DNA of 64,000 bases, taken from positions 160,001 through 224,000 of the forward strand of contig CAVYRH010000011.1 in NCBI GenBank assembly GCA_963770835.1, given 5' to 3'. How positions within the stretch are numbered: position 1 is the stretch's first letter; every line of letters starts with the position of its first letter. Of this stretch, positions 38,313 through 48,284 are shown piece after piece. A program made the translations under genes and the position numbers. The DNA is from an uncultured Pseudomonadota bacterium. GTDB taxonomy: Bacteria > Oederibacteriota > Muellerivitia > Muellerivitales > Muellerivitaceae. The notes below the pieces were generated by a model that worked only from the letters and a program-made list of their open reading frames with translations, ran no database searches and was not told the origin of the DNA.

Positions 38313-38346
38313 TTTCAAACGACCCTCGCAACGGCCAAATAAGACG

Positions 38347-39657
38347 TTAAATTCCTTTCAGGAGTTCGGGATATAACGGGAACTTATTTGTCATCTCCCC
38401 GATCTCACCCTTGACGCTCTGACGGATCGCCGCGTCCTCCGGTGCCGAAATAACCTCGTTAATCCATTTGGCAACCTGTTTAAATTCCGCTTCCTTAAAA
38501 CCTCGGGTGGTCAAGGCAGGAGAGCCCAAGCGAAGCCCGCTGGTCAATAAGGGAGACTCCGTATCCCAAGGTACGGGATTCTTGTTGGTGGTGATATTGG
38601 CCTCATCGAGAGCCTCTTGGGCATGCTTCCCATTGATTTTCTTGTTCCGAAGGTCGATCAACATCAAGTGATTATCGGTTCCGCCTGAAATCACCTGGAA
38701 CCCATAGCCAATCAGCGCCTCGCAGAGGGTCTTGGCGTTCAACTTGATCTGCTTCGCATAATCCTTAAAAGTCGGCTTGAGGATCTCGCCGAAGGCCACG
38801 GCTTTTGCTCCCACCACGTGCATCAGAGGCCCACCTTGGATACCCGGGACAATCTGGCTGTCCAATAGTTCTCCCATCTTCCGGATCCGGCCGCTTTTGG
38901 CTGCGGTGATGCCAAAGGGATTTTCGAAATCCTTGCCCATCAGGATCATTCCCCCTCGGGGGCCCCGCAAGGTCTTGTGGGTGGTTGTGGTCACCACGTG
39001 ACAGTGTTGCATCGGATTGTTCATTTCTCCCGCGGCGATGAGTCCAGCCGTATGTGCGATATCGGCCCACAGAAAAGCCCCCACCGCATCGGCAATTTTA
39101 CGAAAAGCCGCGTAATCCCAGTCTCGGGAGTAAGCTGAGGCTCCAATACTGATCATCTTGGGCTTGTGCTTTAAGGCAAGGTCCCTGGCCTGGTCCAGGT
39201 CTACCCGGCCGTCTTCTTTGCGGGTCTGATAGGCAAAAAAATTGTACATTTTACCGGAAAAATTCACCTTGGCGCCGTGGGTCAGGTGGCCGCCGTGGGA
39301 CAAATCCAGCCCCAGGATCGTGTCACCTGGTTTTACGAAGGTGAAGTAGACGGCCATATTTGCTTGGCTTCCCGAATGGGGCTGGACGTTGACGTATTCG
39401 GCGTTGGAGAATATCTTGGCGGCCCGCTCCCGAGCTAGGTTCTCCACCACGTCCACGTATTCGCAACCCCCGTAATACCGGTTGCCGGGGTATCCTTCCG
39501 CGTACTTGTTGGTCATGACGCCGCCCTGGGCCGCCATGACGGCTAGACTGGTAAAGTTTTCAGAAGCGATGAGCTCCAGTTTCTCGTTCTGACGTTTGAG
39601 TTCGTTTTTATTCGCTTCCCACACTTGGGGATCGGTTTGTTTTAAAAAATCCATCAT
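38347..39657 (-). CDS. glyA: Serine hydroxymethyltransferase
   Basis: [49 protein letters not shown]. Confidence 0.98.
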   Translation of the reverse strand: MMDFLKQTDPQVWEANKNELKRQNEKLELIASENFTSLAVMAAQGGVMTNKYAEGYPGNRYYGGCEYVDVVENLARERAAKIFSNAEYVNVQPHSGSQANMAVYFTFVKPGDTILGLDLSHGGHLTHGAKVNFSGKMYNFFAYQTRKEDGRVDLDQARDLALKHKPKMISIGASAYSRDWDYAAFRKIADAVGAFLWADIAHTAGLIAAGEMNNPMQHCHVVTTTTHKTLRGPRGGMILMGKDFENPFGITAAKSGRIRKMGELLDSQIVPGIQGGPLMHVVGAKAVAFGEILKPTFKDYAKQIKLNAKTLCEALIGYGFQVISGGTDNHLMLIDLRNKKINGKHAQEALDEANITTNKNPVPWDTESPLLTSGLRLGSPALTTRGFKEAEFKQVAKWINEVISAPEDAAIRQSVKGEIGEMTNKFPLYPELLKGI

Positions 39658-39675
39658 TGAGAGATCTCCTTCGAT

Positions 39676-40014
39676 TTAAGGATTGACTGTCGCTTCCAAA
39701 TAAACCCGCATGCCCGTTTTCAACCCCAAACGCCGGGCCATATTCCAGGGTAGTTCCAAGCAGTGCCGGCTACCGCGAGGTCCCAGGAAAACGCGCCAGG
39801 ACCCAGCTGATGGAAAGATTCTCAGTATTTTTAAGTTTTTGTCCAGGAAAAGAATATCGGGTTTCAAGAAAGTGAAGAAGGTGTGAACCGATGTACACTG
39901 GGGAAAGTAAATCCCCCGGTGGGAGGCCGGCCATTGGTTGCGGCCCATGAGCCCTTTTAGTCGGATAAAGAAGCGGTCGGCAATCAGGATTCCCTTAAGC
40001 TTAGGGGAACTCAC
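39676..40014 (-). CDS. DUF192-family protein
   Basis: AD.F..RLKGLMGR...C.SVHTFF....D.LFLD...LELP. Confidence 0.8.
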   Translation of the reverse strand: MSSPKLKGILIADRFFIRLKGLMGRNQWPASHRGIYFPQCTSVHTFFTFLKPDILFLDKNLKILRIFPSAGSWRVFLGPRGSRHCLELPWNMARRLGLKTGMRVYLEATVNP

Positions 40015-40880
40015 GGCTGGAGGAACTGCAGAATAATGGGGCCGAAGATAATCAGGAAAGTCACGGGCATGATAAAAAGAACCAGGGGAATGAGCATCTT
40101 GACCGGCATTTCCTGGACGGCCTTCTCCGCCCTCTGGGTATGTTTGTCACGCAGGGTCAGGGACAATTGCCGCAAAGTCTTGGCAATACCGGTGCCGAAC
40201 TTCTCAGCCTGGATAAGGCTGGTGGTGAATAAGGAAAAATCAGTTAAATCCAACCGGACGCTCACGGTTTCCAACGCACTTTTGCGGCTGGAACCGCTTC
40301 GGGTTTGCTCCAAAATCCCTCCCAATTCATCCCGCAAGGGACCCCCTTTTGCATTTTTCAAGTATTGATCCAGGGCCTGTTCCAGTGAAAGGCCCGCTTC
40401 GGAACAAAGGGAAAGAATTTCCAACGCGTTTGGAAGTTCCCGGAGAATCCGTTTTTCGCGGCGCAGGACCTTGTCCCTCAGCCAAATCACCGGCAAACCA
40501 GCCCCGATAAGGAAAGCCATAACCGCGAGAAAGGCGCTTTCGGAAAGGAGGCCGAACACCAATGCTCCCCCAAACGAGGCTAATAACTGGTAACCCAGTA
40601 CATGGATAGGTTTTATATCGTCACGGCCCATCCGTTGAAGCTGGCGCGAAAGATAACGGAAATATTTTTCTAATAAGGCGGACTGCTGCAATAAACGGAT
40701 ATTGTCCTCCAATAATGACAAAAAGCTCTGGAATGGCAGGGGCTTTCTCGACTGGGCCACCAGGCTTTTAAGCCGCACGTCCTGCTGGTGCCTGGAAAAG
40801 CGGACAAGAAGGTTAAATGCGACATTCCGGACAAACCAACCCACGAAAAAGCAGGAAAGTGCCAAAAGAGCGTATGTCAT
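40011..40880 (-). CDS. tadC: Tad pilus platform protein TadC (T2SS F family)
   Basis: ELPNALEIL.L..EAGLS...AL, L.QAEKFGT.IA..L, RAE......PVKM.IPL.LFI.P. ATG at 40880. Confidence 0.88.
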   Translation of the reverse strand: MTYALLALSCFFVGWFVRNVAFNLLVRFSRHQQDVRLKSLVAQSRKPLPFQSFLSLLEDNIRLLQQSALLEKYFRYLSRQLQRMGRDDIKPIHVLGYQLLASFGGALVFGLLSESAFLAVMAFLIGAGLPVIWLRDKVLRREKRILRELPNALEILSLCSEAGLSLEQALDQYLKNAKGGPLRDELGGILEQTRSGSSRKSALETVSVRLDLTDFSLFTTSLIQAEKFGTGIAKTLRQLSLTLRDKHTQRAEKAVQEMPVKMLIPLVLFIMPVTFLIIFGPIILQFLQP

Positions 40881-40881
40881 T

Positions 40882-41748
40882 TTAAATCTCCAGTTGGAGC
40901 AATTGACGGATCCAAAGGAAACCAATGGCTTCCAAAACAGCCGCCATCAACAAGATGGCCCAACCCACTTTCTCAGTAAACAGGGGTGTTATAAGATTCG
41001 GATCCATTAAAAAGAAAACAAAAGCCAGGAGAAACGGCATGAGCCCCATCATGGTTCCCGAAAGTCGGGCTTGGGCTGTCATTGCCTCCATTTTCCTTAA
41101 AAGACGGTTTTTATCCTCCAACCCTTCCAACAAAACCTCTAAGAGGTGGGTCAAATTGGCGCCGGTTTGCCTGGAGATCTTGTAGGACTCGAGGAATTGG
41201 TGGAACTCAGCGAAGTCGGGAAATCTTTCGGCCATTTTGGAAAGGGACATTTCTGCCGAGTTCCCCAAATCCATCTCCGCACAGACTTGGTTCAATTCCT
41301 CTTTGAGGGGTGAAGGGCATTCGCGGGAAAGGTATTCCAGGACTTGTGGCACGGTTTGGCCGGTTTTAAGCGCTTGAACGGCCATTCCGAGGGTTTGGGG
41401 AAAAACTTCATTCATTTTTTCCTGGCGTTTCTTTATTTCATACTTTTTCTTTATTCCCGGGCCTTTTTGGAACCCATACCAGCTAATGATAATCAAAAGT
41501 ACCAGGAGAAATCCCGAAAAGAAATCACTGAAAATCATCACCAAAAGGGCGATAAAAAGTCCGCTCATCAATAAAAGTTGGGCCCTGTCTAATTTTTTCC
41601 CGGTTTTCAAGGTCGTCAGGGGAGGTGTTTTGATTGAAATGCTTGGGAAACGGTCCATCCAAAAGCGGGTCAAAATCCCGCTGAAAAGACCCACGGATAG
41701 CGCGGCCGATCCCAGTCCCCAAAAAAGCTTGAGAGCCGATAGGGTCAT
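40882..41748 (-). CDS. tadB: Tad pilus platform protein TadB (T2SS F family)
   Basis: FP..L......LKTG, P.PL.EE, I.RQTGANL, AMTAQARLS, P.....LF....G. Confidence 0.88.
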   Translation of the reverse strand: MTLSALKLFWGLGSAALSVGLFSGILTRFWMDRFPSISIKTPPLTTLKTGKKLDRAQLLLMSGLFIALLVMIFSDFFSGFLLVLLIIISWYGFQKGPGIKKKYEIKKRQEKMNEVFPQTLGMAVQALKTGQTVPQVLEYLSRECPSPLKEELNQVCAEMDLGNSAEMSLSKMAERFPDFAEFHQFLESYKISRQTGANLTHLLEVLLEGLEDKNRLLRKMEAMTAQARLSGTMMGLMPFLLAFVFFLMDPNLITPLFTEKVGWAILLMAAVLEAIGFLWIRQLLQLEI

Positions 41749-42485
41749 TCCGGTACCCCTACACCCTTGTGAAAAGGCTCCTCCGCTTCGATTTGCCGTA
41801 AAGCCTTTTGAGCCGATTCTTGAATATCCTTGTCACGGGTGAACGACATGAGTTTTTGAAGCTCCACTTTGGCTTGTTTGTAATTCTGGAGCTTCAGGTA
41901 GGAATTGGCGATCAAAAGTTGGGCCGAATCCGCCAGCGGGTCAGTGGGATATTTCTCTGTCAATTCACGGTAGGCGGCTAGGGCGTCCCCCACCTTATCG
42001 TCCAGGAGAAGGCAATTCCCCGTTTGCAAGAGGACGTAACTATCCAACCCCTTTCCCGCGTAAACCACCGTCAATTTTTTATATTCCTTGCTGGCGGTCT
42101 GGTAATGCCCCAACCAATATTGGCAGTCGGCCAAAAGTTTTTGGGCGTCCATGGCAAAGCGCCCCGAGGGATATAGAGACAAAAGTTGCTTTAATGATAG
42201 TTTCGCGGCTTGGAAATCCGACCTCCCATAAGCCATGGCATAGGCATGCAGGAAAAGAGCTTCTTCCATGAAGGGGCCCGGTGGAACCTGGCTGATGATG
42301 TCTTTGGAGTCCTTAAGGCACGCCTCATAATCGCCTTGGGATAGGTCGTCCCGCACTTTACGAATAGGGGAATCATCCACGGAAGCCACCGTGGTCTTGG
42401 ATTTGAAGCAGCCCCACTCCCCTATCGAGGCGCAGAGGCACAAGGAGAAAAAAAGCATCACTAAAATTGGCAATTTTCGGTTCAA
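41745..42485 (-). CDS. TPR protein, BamD/CpoB-like, probable lipoprotein
   Basis: Hydrophobic N-terminus with Cys (EWGC); TPR units ending YP.G / YP.D.LA..A. Confidence 0.75.
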   Translation of the reverse strand: MNRKLPILVMLFFSLCLCASIGEWGCFKSKTTVASVDDSPIRKVRDDLSQGDYEACLKDSKDIISQVPPGPFMEEALFLHAYAMAYGRSDFQAAKLSLKQLLSLYPSGRFAMDAQKLLADCQYWLGHYQTASKEYKKLTVVYAGKGLDSYVLLQTGNCLLLDDKVGDALAAYRELTEKYPTDPLADSAQLLIANSYLKLQNYKQAKVELQKLMSFTRDKDIQESAQKALRQIEAEEPFHKGVGVPE

Positions 42486-42562
42486 GAAGGCCTCATTACT
42501 CGGCTTTAGGCAATATGAGTGAATGACCGACAGCCGGCAACTAACGAATCAAAACAACCGTT

Positions 42563-44221
42563 TTACATTTGTTCCGGAGCCGAAACCCCCAGGAGACCTA
42601 AGGCGTTTTGAATCACGGTTTGAACCGCCAGGGCCAACCCCAAGCGGGCCTTGGCAACCTCCGGGGATGCGTCTAAAATCCGGTGTTTCGTGTAAAAAAG
42701 GTGAAAATCGGCTGCCAAATTGTGGAGATACACCACCATGCGGTGAGGCTCATAAGACTTGGCGCTTTCGACCACCCATTGTGGATATTCCATGATTTCT
42801 TTCAAGAGCAAAAAGGTTTCAGGTTCCAGGAGGGGTACAAATTCGCCCAAAAGCTTGGCAGGATGCAAGTTCCTTTCGGCGCACTTTTTGAGGAGGCTGC
42901 AAATACGGGCGTGGGCGTATTGGACGTAGAAGACCGGGTTTTCCTCGGTTTGCTTTTGGGCCACCTCAATATCAAAATCCAGGTGGGTGTTGGCCCCGCG
43001 CATGACAAAGAAATACCGGGCCGCATCTTTCCCCACCTGTTCCAGTAGCTCCTCCATGGTCACGAATCTGCCTTCCCGTTTGGACATTTTTACCTTCTGG
43101 CCCCCCGAAAGCAGGCTAACGTGCTGGGCGATGAGAACTTCGAAAAGCGAGTCTTCAAAACCCAGGGCCTTGTGGGCCGCTTTCATGCTGAGGATATGGC
43201 CGTGGTGGTCGGGCCCCATGATATTGACCACCTTGGAATAACCCCGTTTCAGTTTGTGCAGGTGGTAGGCGATGTCGGCCACGATATAGGCAGGCAAGCC
43301 GTTGCTTTTAACCAGCACCTCGTCCTTGTGAGCCCCGTATTCGGAGGTTTTGATCCAAGTCGCACCGTCCTTCTCGTAGGTCAGACCCAACCCCTTGAGT
43401 TTTTGGAGTGTCTCGGCCACCAGTCTCGAGTCGTGCAATTCGCGCCGTTCCGAAAACCACTGGTCAAAACGAACACCGTAATTTTCCAGGGACTCCTTGT
43501 GCCACTGGACCACCCGGTCCATGCCCCACTCACCCAATTTACCCATGGCAAGGTTATAATCCTTGGGGTCGCCTTCGGTCTCAGTCAAAAACTCTTGAGC
43601 CAAATCCTCCATGTAAGCGCCCTGGTAACCGCCCTCCGGGGCGTCCTTGGGAACCCCCCGGACCCGGCTGATGGCTGCTTCCAGTGACTCCCCGAACAAC
43701 CGGGCCTGGTTGCCGGCGTCATTGATGTAATATTCCGTTTCCACTTTTCCCCCGGAAAGGCGGATCAGCCGTGCAATGGCATCCCCCAAGACGGCGGCGC
43801 GGGCATTGACCACGTTCAAGGGGCCGGTAGGATTGGCGCTAACGAATTCCAAAAGAATCCTTTGGTCCTTTAACTGCATATTTTGCCCGTAATTGGGGCC
43901 TTGAACCAGGACTGCTTCCAAAACTCCGTAGAAAGCATTAGGGGTGAGTTTTAGGTTGATGAATCCGGGAGCGGCCGCCTCGGCCTTATTGAGTAGGAGT
44001 GGATCCACTTGTAGTCTCCCGACGATCTCCTGAGCGATGGGAAGAGGCGCTTTTTTTAGTCTTTTAGCCAGCGCCATGGCCACGGGCGTTGCATAATCAC
44101 CGTGGGCTTTGTCCTTGGGGCTTTCCAATGTGGCCAAAATATCGGGAACTCCATAAGGGGCAATGGCTGATCGCAGGGCAGCTGAAAGGGTTTGTTGTAT
44201 GGAAAAAATATCGTTGTTCAC
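42563..44221 (-). CDS. argS: Arginine--tRNA ligase
   Basis: HGDYAT, PGFIN, EFVSANPTGPL, EYYINDAGNQ, KMSKR, NPVFYVQYAHARI, GVSAPEQM. Confidence 0.97.
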   Translation of the reverse strand: MNNDIFSIQQTLSAALRSAIAPYGVPDILATLESPKDKAHGDYATPVAMALAKRLKKAPLPIAQEIVGRLQVDPLLLNKAEAAAPGFINLKLTPNAFYGVLEAVLVQGPNYGQNMQLKDQRILLEFVSANPTGPLNVVNARAAVLGDAIARLIRLSGGKVETEYYINDAGNQARLFGESLEAAISRVRGVPKDAPEGGYQGAYMEDLAQEFLTETEGDPKDYNLAMGKLGEWGMDRVVQWHKESLENYGVRFDQWFSERRELHDSRLVAETLQKLKGLGLTYEKDGATWIKTSEYGAHKDEVLVKSNGLPAYIVADIAYHLHKLKRGYSKVVNIMGPDHHGHILSMKAAHKALGFEDSLFEVLIAQHVSLLSGGQKVKMSKREGRFVTMEELLEQVGKDAARYFFVMRGANTHLDFDIEVAQKQTEENPVFYVQYAHARICSLLKKCAERNLHPAKLLGEFVPLLEPETFLLLKEIMEYPQWVVESAKSYEPHRMVVYLHNLAADFHLFYTKHRILDASPEVAKARLGLALAVQTVIQNALGLLGVSAPEQM

Positions 44222-44226
44222 GGGGA

Positions 44227-44592
44227 TTAAAGGGGCATCGTCAGTAAGGTTTTGTAGATCAGGGACCTCATCTTCAACTCAACCGATTCGAAATCGTTTT
44301 TCCGGCCCTCAAAAAGCTCCCAAATAATGTTTTCGATTTCAGGCGTGGGAGGAGGCAGGAACTCAACTTGGCGCTCTCCCTGGGAATCGGTGATGACATG
44401 CACCAGGCCCATACCCGCGAAAGTCTGCAATTTGGCCTCCAGCGCGTCCTCTGGGTAGGACACAAGTTCGCCGATGGATTTCAAGGGGAATCGGGAGCCC
44501 TTCACGATAAGCCACACCCCCAAAAGCATCCGGGAAGTGGTATTGGCGAAAAGTTTCTTGAATTTGTTGCGTTCAGTGACGATTTCGTTCAC
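44227..44592 (-). CDS. Hypothetical protein (possible winged-helix fold)
   Basis: Coherent ORF filling the gap between co-oriented genes. The helix-helix then G.V.V...wing pattern is only suggestive. Confidence 0.6.
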   Translation of the reverse strand: MNEIVTERNKFKKLFANTTSRMLLGVWLIVKGSRFPLKSIGELVSYPEDALEAKLQTFAGMGLVHVITDSQGERQVEFLPPPTPEIENIIWELFEGRKNDFESVELKMRSLIYKTLLTMPL

Positions 44593-45427
44593 GGAACCGC
44601 CCCCTTAATTTCGGATAATCCTTGCCGACAATCACGACCGCGTCCACGGAAGAAGACAGGCTGGGAACTTCCTGGATTGAATCCTTGGAAAGCCCCAGGC
44701 GTTCGACGGCTTCATCCAGTGCGACCGGCATTCCAGCGCAAGTCCGGATGATGGTTTGGGGATAGCGGAAATTATCGGCGTTGTCCGTATCGGTGATAAC
44801 AATCCCCGGGCCCTTAACCCGCCGGGCAACCCAGTCGGCGGCATTCGTTATACCACAACCATTGAGGATTTCCACTCGCACGACGCCCGGCGTTGGCACG
44901 GAACTGGGAGTGGCGGGTGGATGTTGGGTTGAAACATCGGAGGTAGCGACCGGAAGTTTTTCGGCCGTTTCTTCACCGGCGGTAAAAGGGGCCGGAGGAG
45001 GAGCCTTCATTGAAAACGAAAGATAGAACCGGTCGGCCCATTGTAAGTTGTCGAATACGCCCGGTAGGACGTCGGTGAAGAAACCCCTAAGCCCTCCCCC
45101 CAAAAAGCCAGGCCAACCTTCCTGCGTCACCGGGATTCCAATCACCGCTGGGTAACTTCCGTAATTTTTAGCGAAGGCCGCCAGGCGCCGGCTATCCTTT
45201 TGGACAAGTATTTCCCTACCCTCTTTTTTTTGATCCGGGCCCAGGGGTATGGATTCAACGACCACGTCTCGCCCGTTTAAGGGCGCCGATAACTTGAAAG
45301 CTTCCACCACGCCATCCGCGCCTTTTAGGGCGAACATAAAAATCGGATGACGGGTCAAGAAGGGATAAAGCCCCGCCAAAACCAAACCTAGCGGCAAAAA
45401 AACAATTATGGACTTACTTATTTTCAT
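44573..45427 (-). CDS. LytR C-terminal domain protein (membrane anchored)
   Basis: N-terminal TM; VRVEILNGCGITNAA...NADNF.Y..T.I...D.VVIVGKDY (LytR_C). Confidence 0.85.
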   Translation of the reverse strand: MKISKSIIVFLPLGLVLAGLYPFLTRHPIFMFALKGADGVVEAFKLSAPLNGRDVVVESIPLGPDQKKEGREILVQKDSRRLAAFAKNYGSYPAVIGIPVTQEGWPGFLGGGLRGFFTDVLPGVFDNLQWADRFYLSFSMKAPPPAPFTAGEETAEKLPVATSDVSTQHPPATPSSVPTPGVVRVEILNGCGITNAADWVARRVKGPGIVITDTDNADNFRYPQTIIRTCAGMPVALDEAVERLGLSKDSIQEVPSLSSSVDAVVIVGKDYPKLRGRFRERNRH

Positions 45428-45476
45428 GGTTCCCTTATCACGAATACGATTTAATGGCATCCACACTCCAATTAGT

Positions 45477-46046
45477 TCACCCTAGCAAAAATTGGTTCCA
45501 GGTTTCCAACAGGCGCGGATGGATCATCATTCTCTTTTCCAGCAGGAATTGGATCGTCATGGAAGCCTTTGCTAAAACAGCCGCTTTCAAGCTCCTGCGG
45601 GCTAAGGCGCGGACTTTTTGAACACCCGCAAAACCCCGGGAGGGCTCGATGAAATCCGCCACGAAAACCAATTGGGCGAGGGGTCCCATTCGGGGGCTCC
45701 CCAAGGTGTGGCATCGGATGGCCTCCAAAACGGGCTTATCCCTGATCCCCCATTTTTGAAGTGCGATCGCCGCACCCGCTTGGGGGTGCCACAACCCCGG
45801 CATTTTTTCTTCGTTGGCATCCAGCCGGAATGCCGCCCTTTTAATCCACCCTTTCATTTCCTGCCTGCTTTTTTCCTTGGCACAGTCATGAAGCCAGGCC
45901 GCCAAACTGGCTTTTTCCACCGCTAGGCCGAAGCGCCTGGCTAATCTTTCGGAAGTCCGCACTACCCCCAGGATATGCTTCAAGCGATAAGGGCTGACTT
46001 GAGTCGGCACCCAATTTTGGATGGCTGAAAGTTTTGAACCCGGCAT
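45477..46046 (-). CDS. yqeK: HD-domain symmetrical Ap4A hydrolase YqeK
   Basis: R..H.LGV, A.LHDCAKE, H...GA, AIR.HT.G, ADFIEP.R. The ATG overlaps the upstream TAA (TAATG). Confidence 0.88.
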   Translation of the reverse strand: MPGSKLSAIQNWVPTQVSPYRLKHILGVVRTSERLARRFGLAVEKASLAAWLHDCAKEKSRQEMKGWIKRAAFRLDANEEKMPGLWHPQAGAAIALQKWGIRDKPVLEAIRCHTLGSPRMGPLAQLVFVADFIEPSRGFAGVQKVRALARRSLKAAVLAKASMTIQFLLEKRMMIHPRLLETWNQFLLG

Positions 46047-46978
46047 TATCCGTAAATACCCGTATAGGCGATTCCCCGGATGATAGTTCTTTGGAAGAAA
46101 AGGAGCAAAACAACGGATGGGATGGTGCTTAAAACCAGGGCCGCCATGACCACATTCCAAGGTTCCCCGGTGTCAATCAATTTTTGGACACCCAGAACCA
46201 GGGGATAAAAATCGGGGTTGTTCAAAACGATCAAGGGCCAAAAAAACCCATTCCAGGTCGTGACGAAGGAAAAAATAGCCAGGATGGACATGATGGGTTT
46301 GGTCATAGGCAAAATAAAGCGGAAGAAAATCCGGGGTTCACTGCAGCCGTCAATACGGGCCGCGTAAAGAATCTCATTGGGAATCGAATCATAAAAGTCC
46401 TTCAACACGATGATGCTAAAGGCGCTGAAAACGCCCGGTAGGATGACGGCCCAATAGGTGTTAACGAGGTTGATGTTTTGAATGTCCGGACCCAGGGGAA
46501 AAAACTTCATGATCAGGTAGAGGGGGATGACAAGCACTTCGAAAGGGACCATCAAGGTCGTCATGAACATCAACAGGATGCCGCCCGCGAACCGCATACG
46601 AAGTTTCGTCAGTGAATAGGCCGCCATCGAACTGATTAAAAGCTGCCCCGCGACAACGCAGGTACAGATGAAAAGGCTGTTCAGAAAATAACGGCCAAAA
46701 GAAACCAACCGGAGGGCCTCCTCGTAATTATCGGTTTTGAAGTCTGCGGGCAAGTAGGTTTGGGGGATTGAATAGATTTCAGCGGGGGTCTTGAAGGATC
46801 CCAACACCATCCACACGATGGGAGCGACGACCAACAATGCCCCCGCCAAAAGAAGGAGGGTGCTAATGAAAAGCAAGAATTTTACCGAGGCTTTTTTCCT
46901 GTCCTGGTGGGAAAAAAGGCCCCGGACTTCTTTTGGCTTTGTTCCGCCTGTAACGGTAAGGACTGAGTCCGCTTTCAT
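46046..46978 (-). CDS. Carbohydrate ABC transporter permease (MalG/UgpE type)
   Basis: SFKT, NY, NSL, IP.E...AARIDG EAA loop, WN.F.WPLI. Confidence 0.93.
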   Translation of the reverse strand: MKADSVLTVTGGTKPKEVRGLFSHQDRKKASVKFLLFISTLLLLAGALLVVAPIVWMVLGSFKTPAEIYSIPQTYLPADFKTDNYEEALRLVSFGRYFLNSLFICTCVVAGQLLISSMAAYSLTKLRMRFAGGILLMFMTTLMVPFEVLVIPLYLIMKFFPLGPDIQNINLVNTYWAVILPGVFSAFSIIVLKDFYDSIPNEILYAARIDGCSEPRIFFRFILPMTKPIMSILAIFSFVTTWNGFFWPLIVLNNPDFYPLVLGVQKLIDTGEPWNVVMAALVLSTIPSVVLLLFFQRTIIRGIAYTGIYG

Positions 46979-46991
46979 CTGTTTCCCCTTT

Positions 46992-48254
46992 TCATTGGGC
47001 GGTCTGCCGGATCTGGAAGAACCGAATCATCGTAAAGACGAACAAAAACGCAAACATCAGCATTGCCATGGCCGAAGCATATCCCAGGTCCATGGCGCCG
47101 AAGGCCGTTTTATAGATATAGGTCCCGATCACTTCGGTGTAGTGCATGGGGCCGCCGTTGGTCATTACGTAAACTTCCGTGAAAATCTGGAAAGCGGTCA
47201 GGACCTGGATGATGGATAGGATCCAGATAACGGGGCCCAGGTGCGGCATGGTTATGTTGAAGACTTTTTTTAAAGTCCCGGCGCCATCCAACTCGGCGGC
47301 CTCATACTGTTCCTCCGGCAGGTTTTGGAGGGCGGCGTAATAAATCAACATGAACCATCCGGTGTTTTTCCAAACGAACATGATCACGATGGAAAGAAGC
47401 GCCCAGGTGGAGGTCAGCCAGCCCACCGGCGGAAGGGACAGGAATTGGAGGATGGAGTTGAGAACCCCGAAGCCGTCGTCAAAAATCCATTTCCATAGGT
47501 TAGCGGCGGGAACCGTTGGAATAACGAAAGGCAGCAAGTAAAGAACCTTGAAGAACCCTTTCCCCCGAGTGATTTCATTTAGAACAATGGCCAATAAAAT
47601 GGGCGGCCATAGCCCCAACACAAGGGAAAAAAGCGTGAAGTAAACGGCATTAACGACGGTTTGCCAGAAAAGCGAATCCGAAAGGGCCCGGTTGTAATTT
47701 TCCCAACCGACCGAAACGCTGTTTCCCAAAGGGCTATAGTGAGTCAAGCTGATCCGGAAACCCTGGATCATGGGATAAAGGTAGAAGAGGGCGAAAAAGG
47801 CCAAGGCTGGCAGGAGGAACCAAAAAGCCTGGGCCCGGTAGCTTAAGGGGTGCCACCCCACCTTGCCGGGCCGGATGGGTTTGTCCGGTTCAATCGGTTT
47901 GTCAAAGATGGAGGCCGTTTTCCGGCGGTCCCGGACCTTGCCGCTTTCCTGGCGTTTTCGGATCAGCTCCTTGGCTCTCTCCTCAACGGTTTCGGTGGAC
48001 TGGCCCTGCAAGAACGGGGTTTGCTCAAGGGTTTCGGAAGGTTTCTTTTCCGGGGCTGACGGCGAAGAGGCGGAGCTGGGCATACCCAATTGCCTCATCA
48101 ATTCATTCCGGGTTTTTTCATCGTCATGCGACGGGACATCCTCGATTTCCAGGTCTAAGTCGCCGGAGTTGGCCTTCATCTCCTCCGGAACGGAAATCGG
48201 TTTCTTTTTTTCTTCATCGTCGTCGTAAATGGAAAAGGGCTTGTAATCAGGCAT
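46992..48254 (-). CDS. Carbohydrate ABC transporter permease (MalF/UgpA type) with long charged N-terminal extension
   Basis: VG.ENY, LP...P.V, WK.TG..M.IY.AALQ.LP...YEAAELDGA, TNGGP, GYASA. Confidence 0.93.
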   Translation of the reverse strand: MPDYKPFSIYDDDEEKKKPISVPEEMKANSGDLDLEIEDVPSHDDEKTRNELMRQLGMPSSASSPSAPEKKPSETLEQTPFLQGQSTETVEERAKELIRKRQESGKVRDRRKTASIFDKPIEPDKPIRPGKVGWHPLSYRAQAFWFLLPALAFFALFYLYPMIQGFRISLTHYSPLGNSVSVGWENYNRALSDSLFWQTVVNAVYFTLFSLVLGLWPPILLAIVLNEITRGKGFFKVLYLLPFVIPTVPAANLWKWIFDDGFGVLNSILQFLSLPPVGWLTSTWALLSIVIMFVWKNTGWFMLIYYAALQNLPEEQYEAAELDGAGTLKKVFNITMPHLGPVIWILSIIQVLTAFQIFTEVYVMTNGGPMHYTEVIGTYIYKTAFGAMDLGYASAMAMLMFAFLFVFTMIRFFQIRQTAQ

Positions 48255-48284
48255 CGCGAAGGACTCCCGTCAAAACAAGATGGG

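Noticed and set aside
42490..42545. GACAGCCGG motif resembling the 3' half of a c-di-GMP-I riboswitch upstream of the tad module
   Set aside because: Wrong strand for the operon, and the 5' half is absent.
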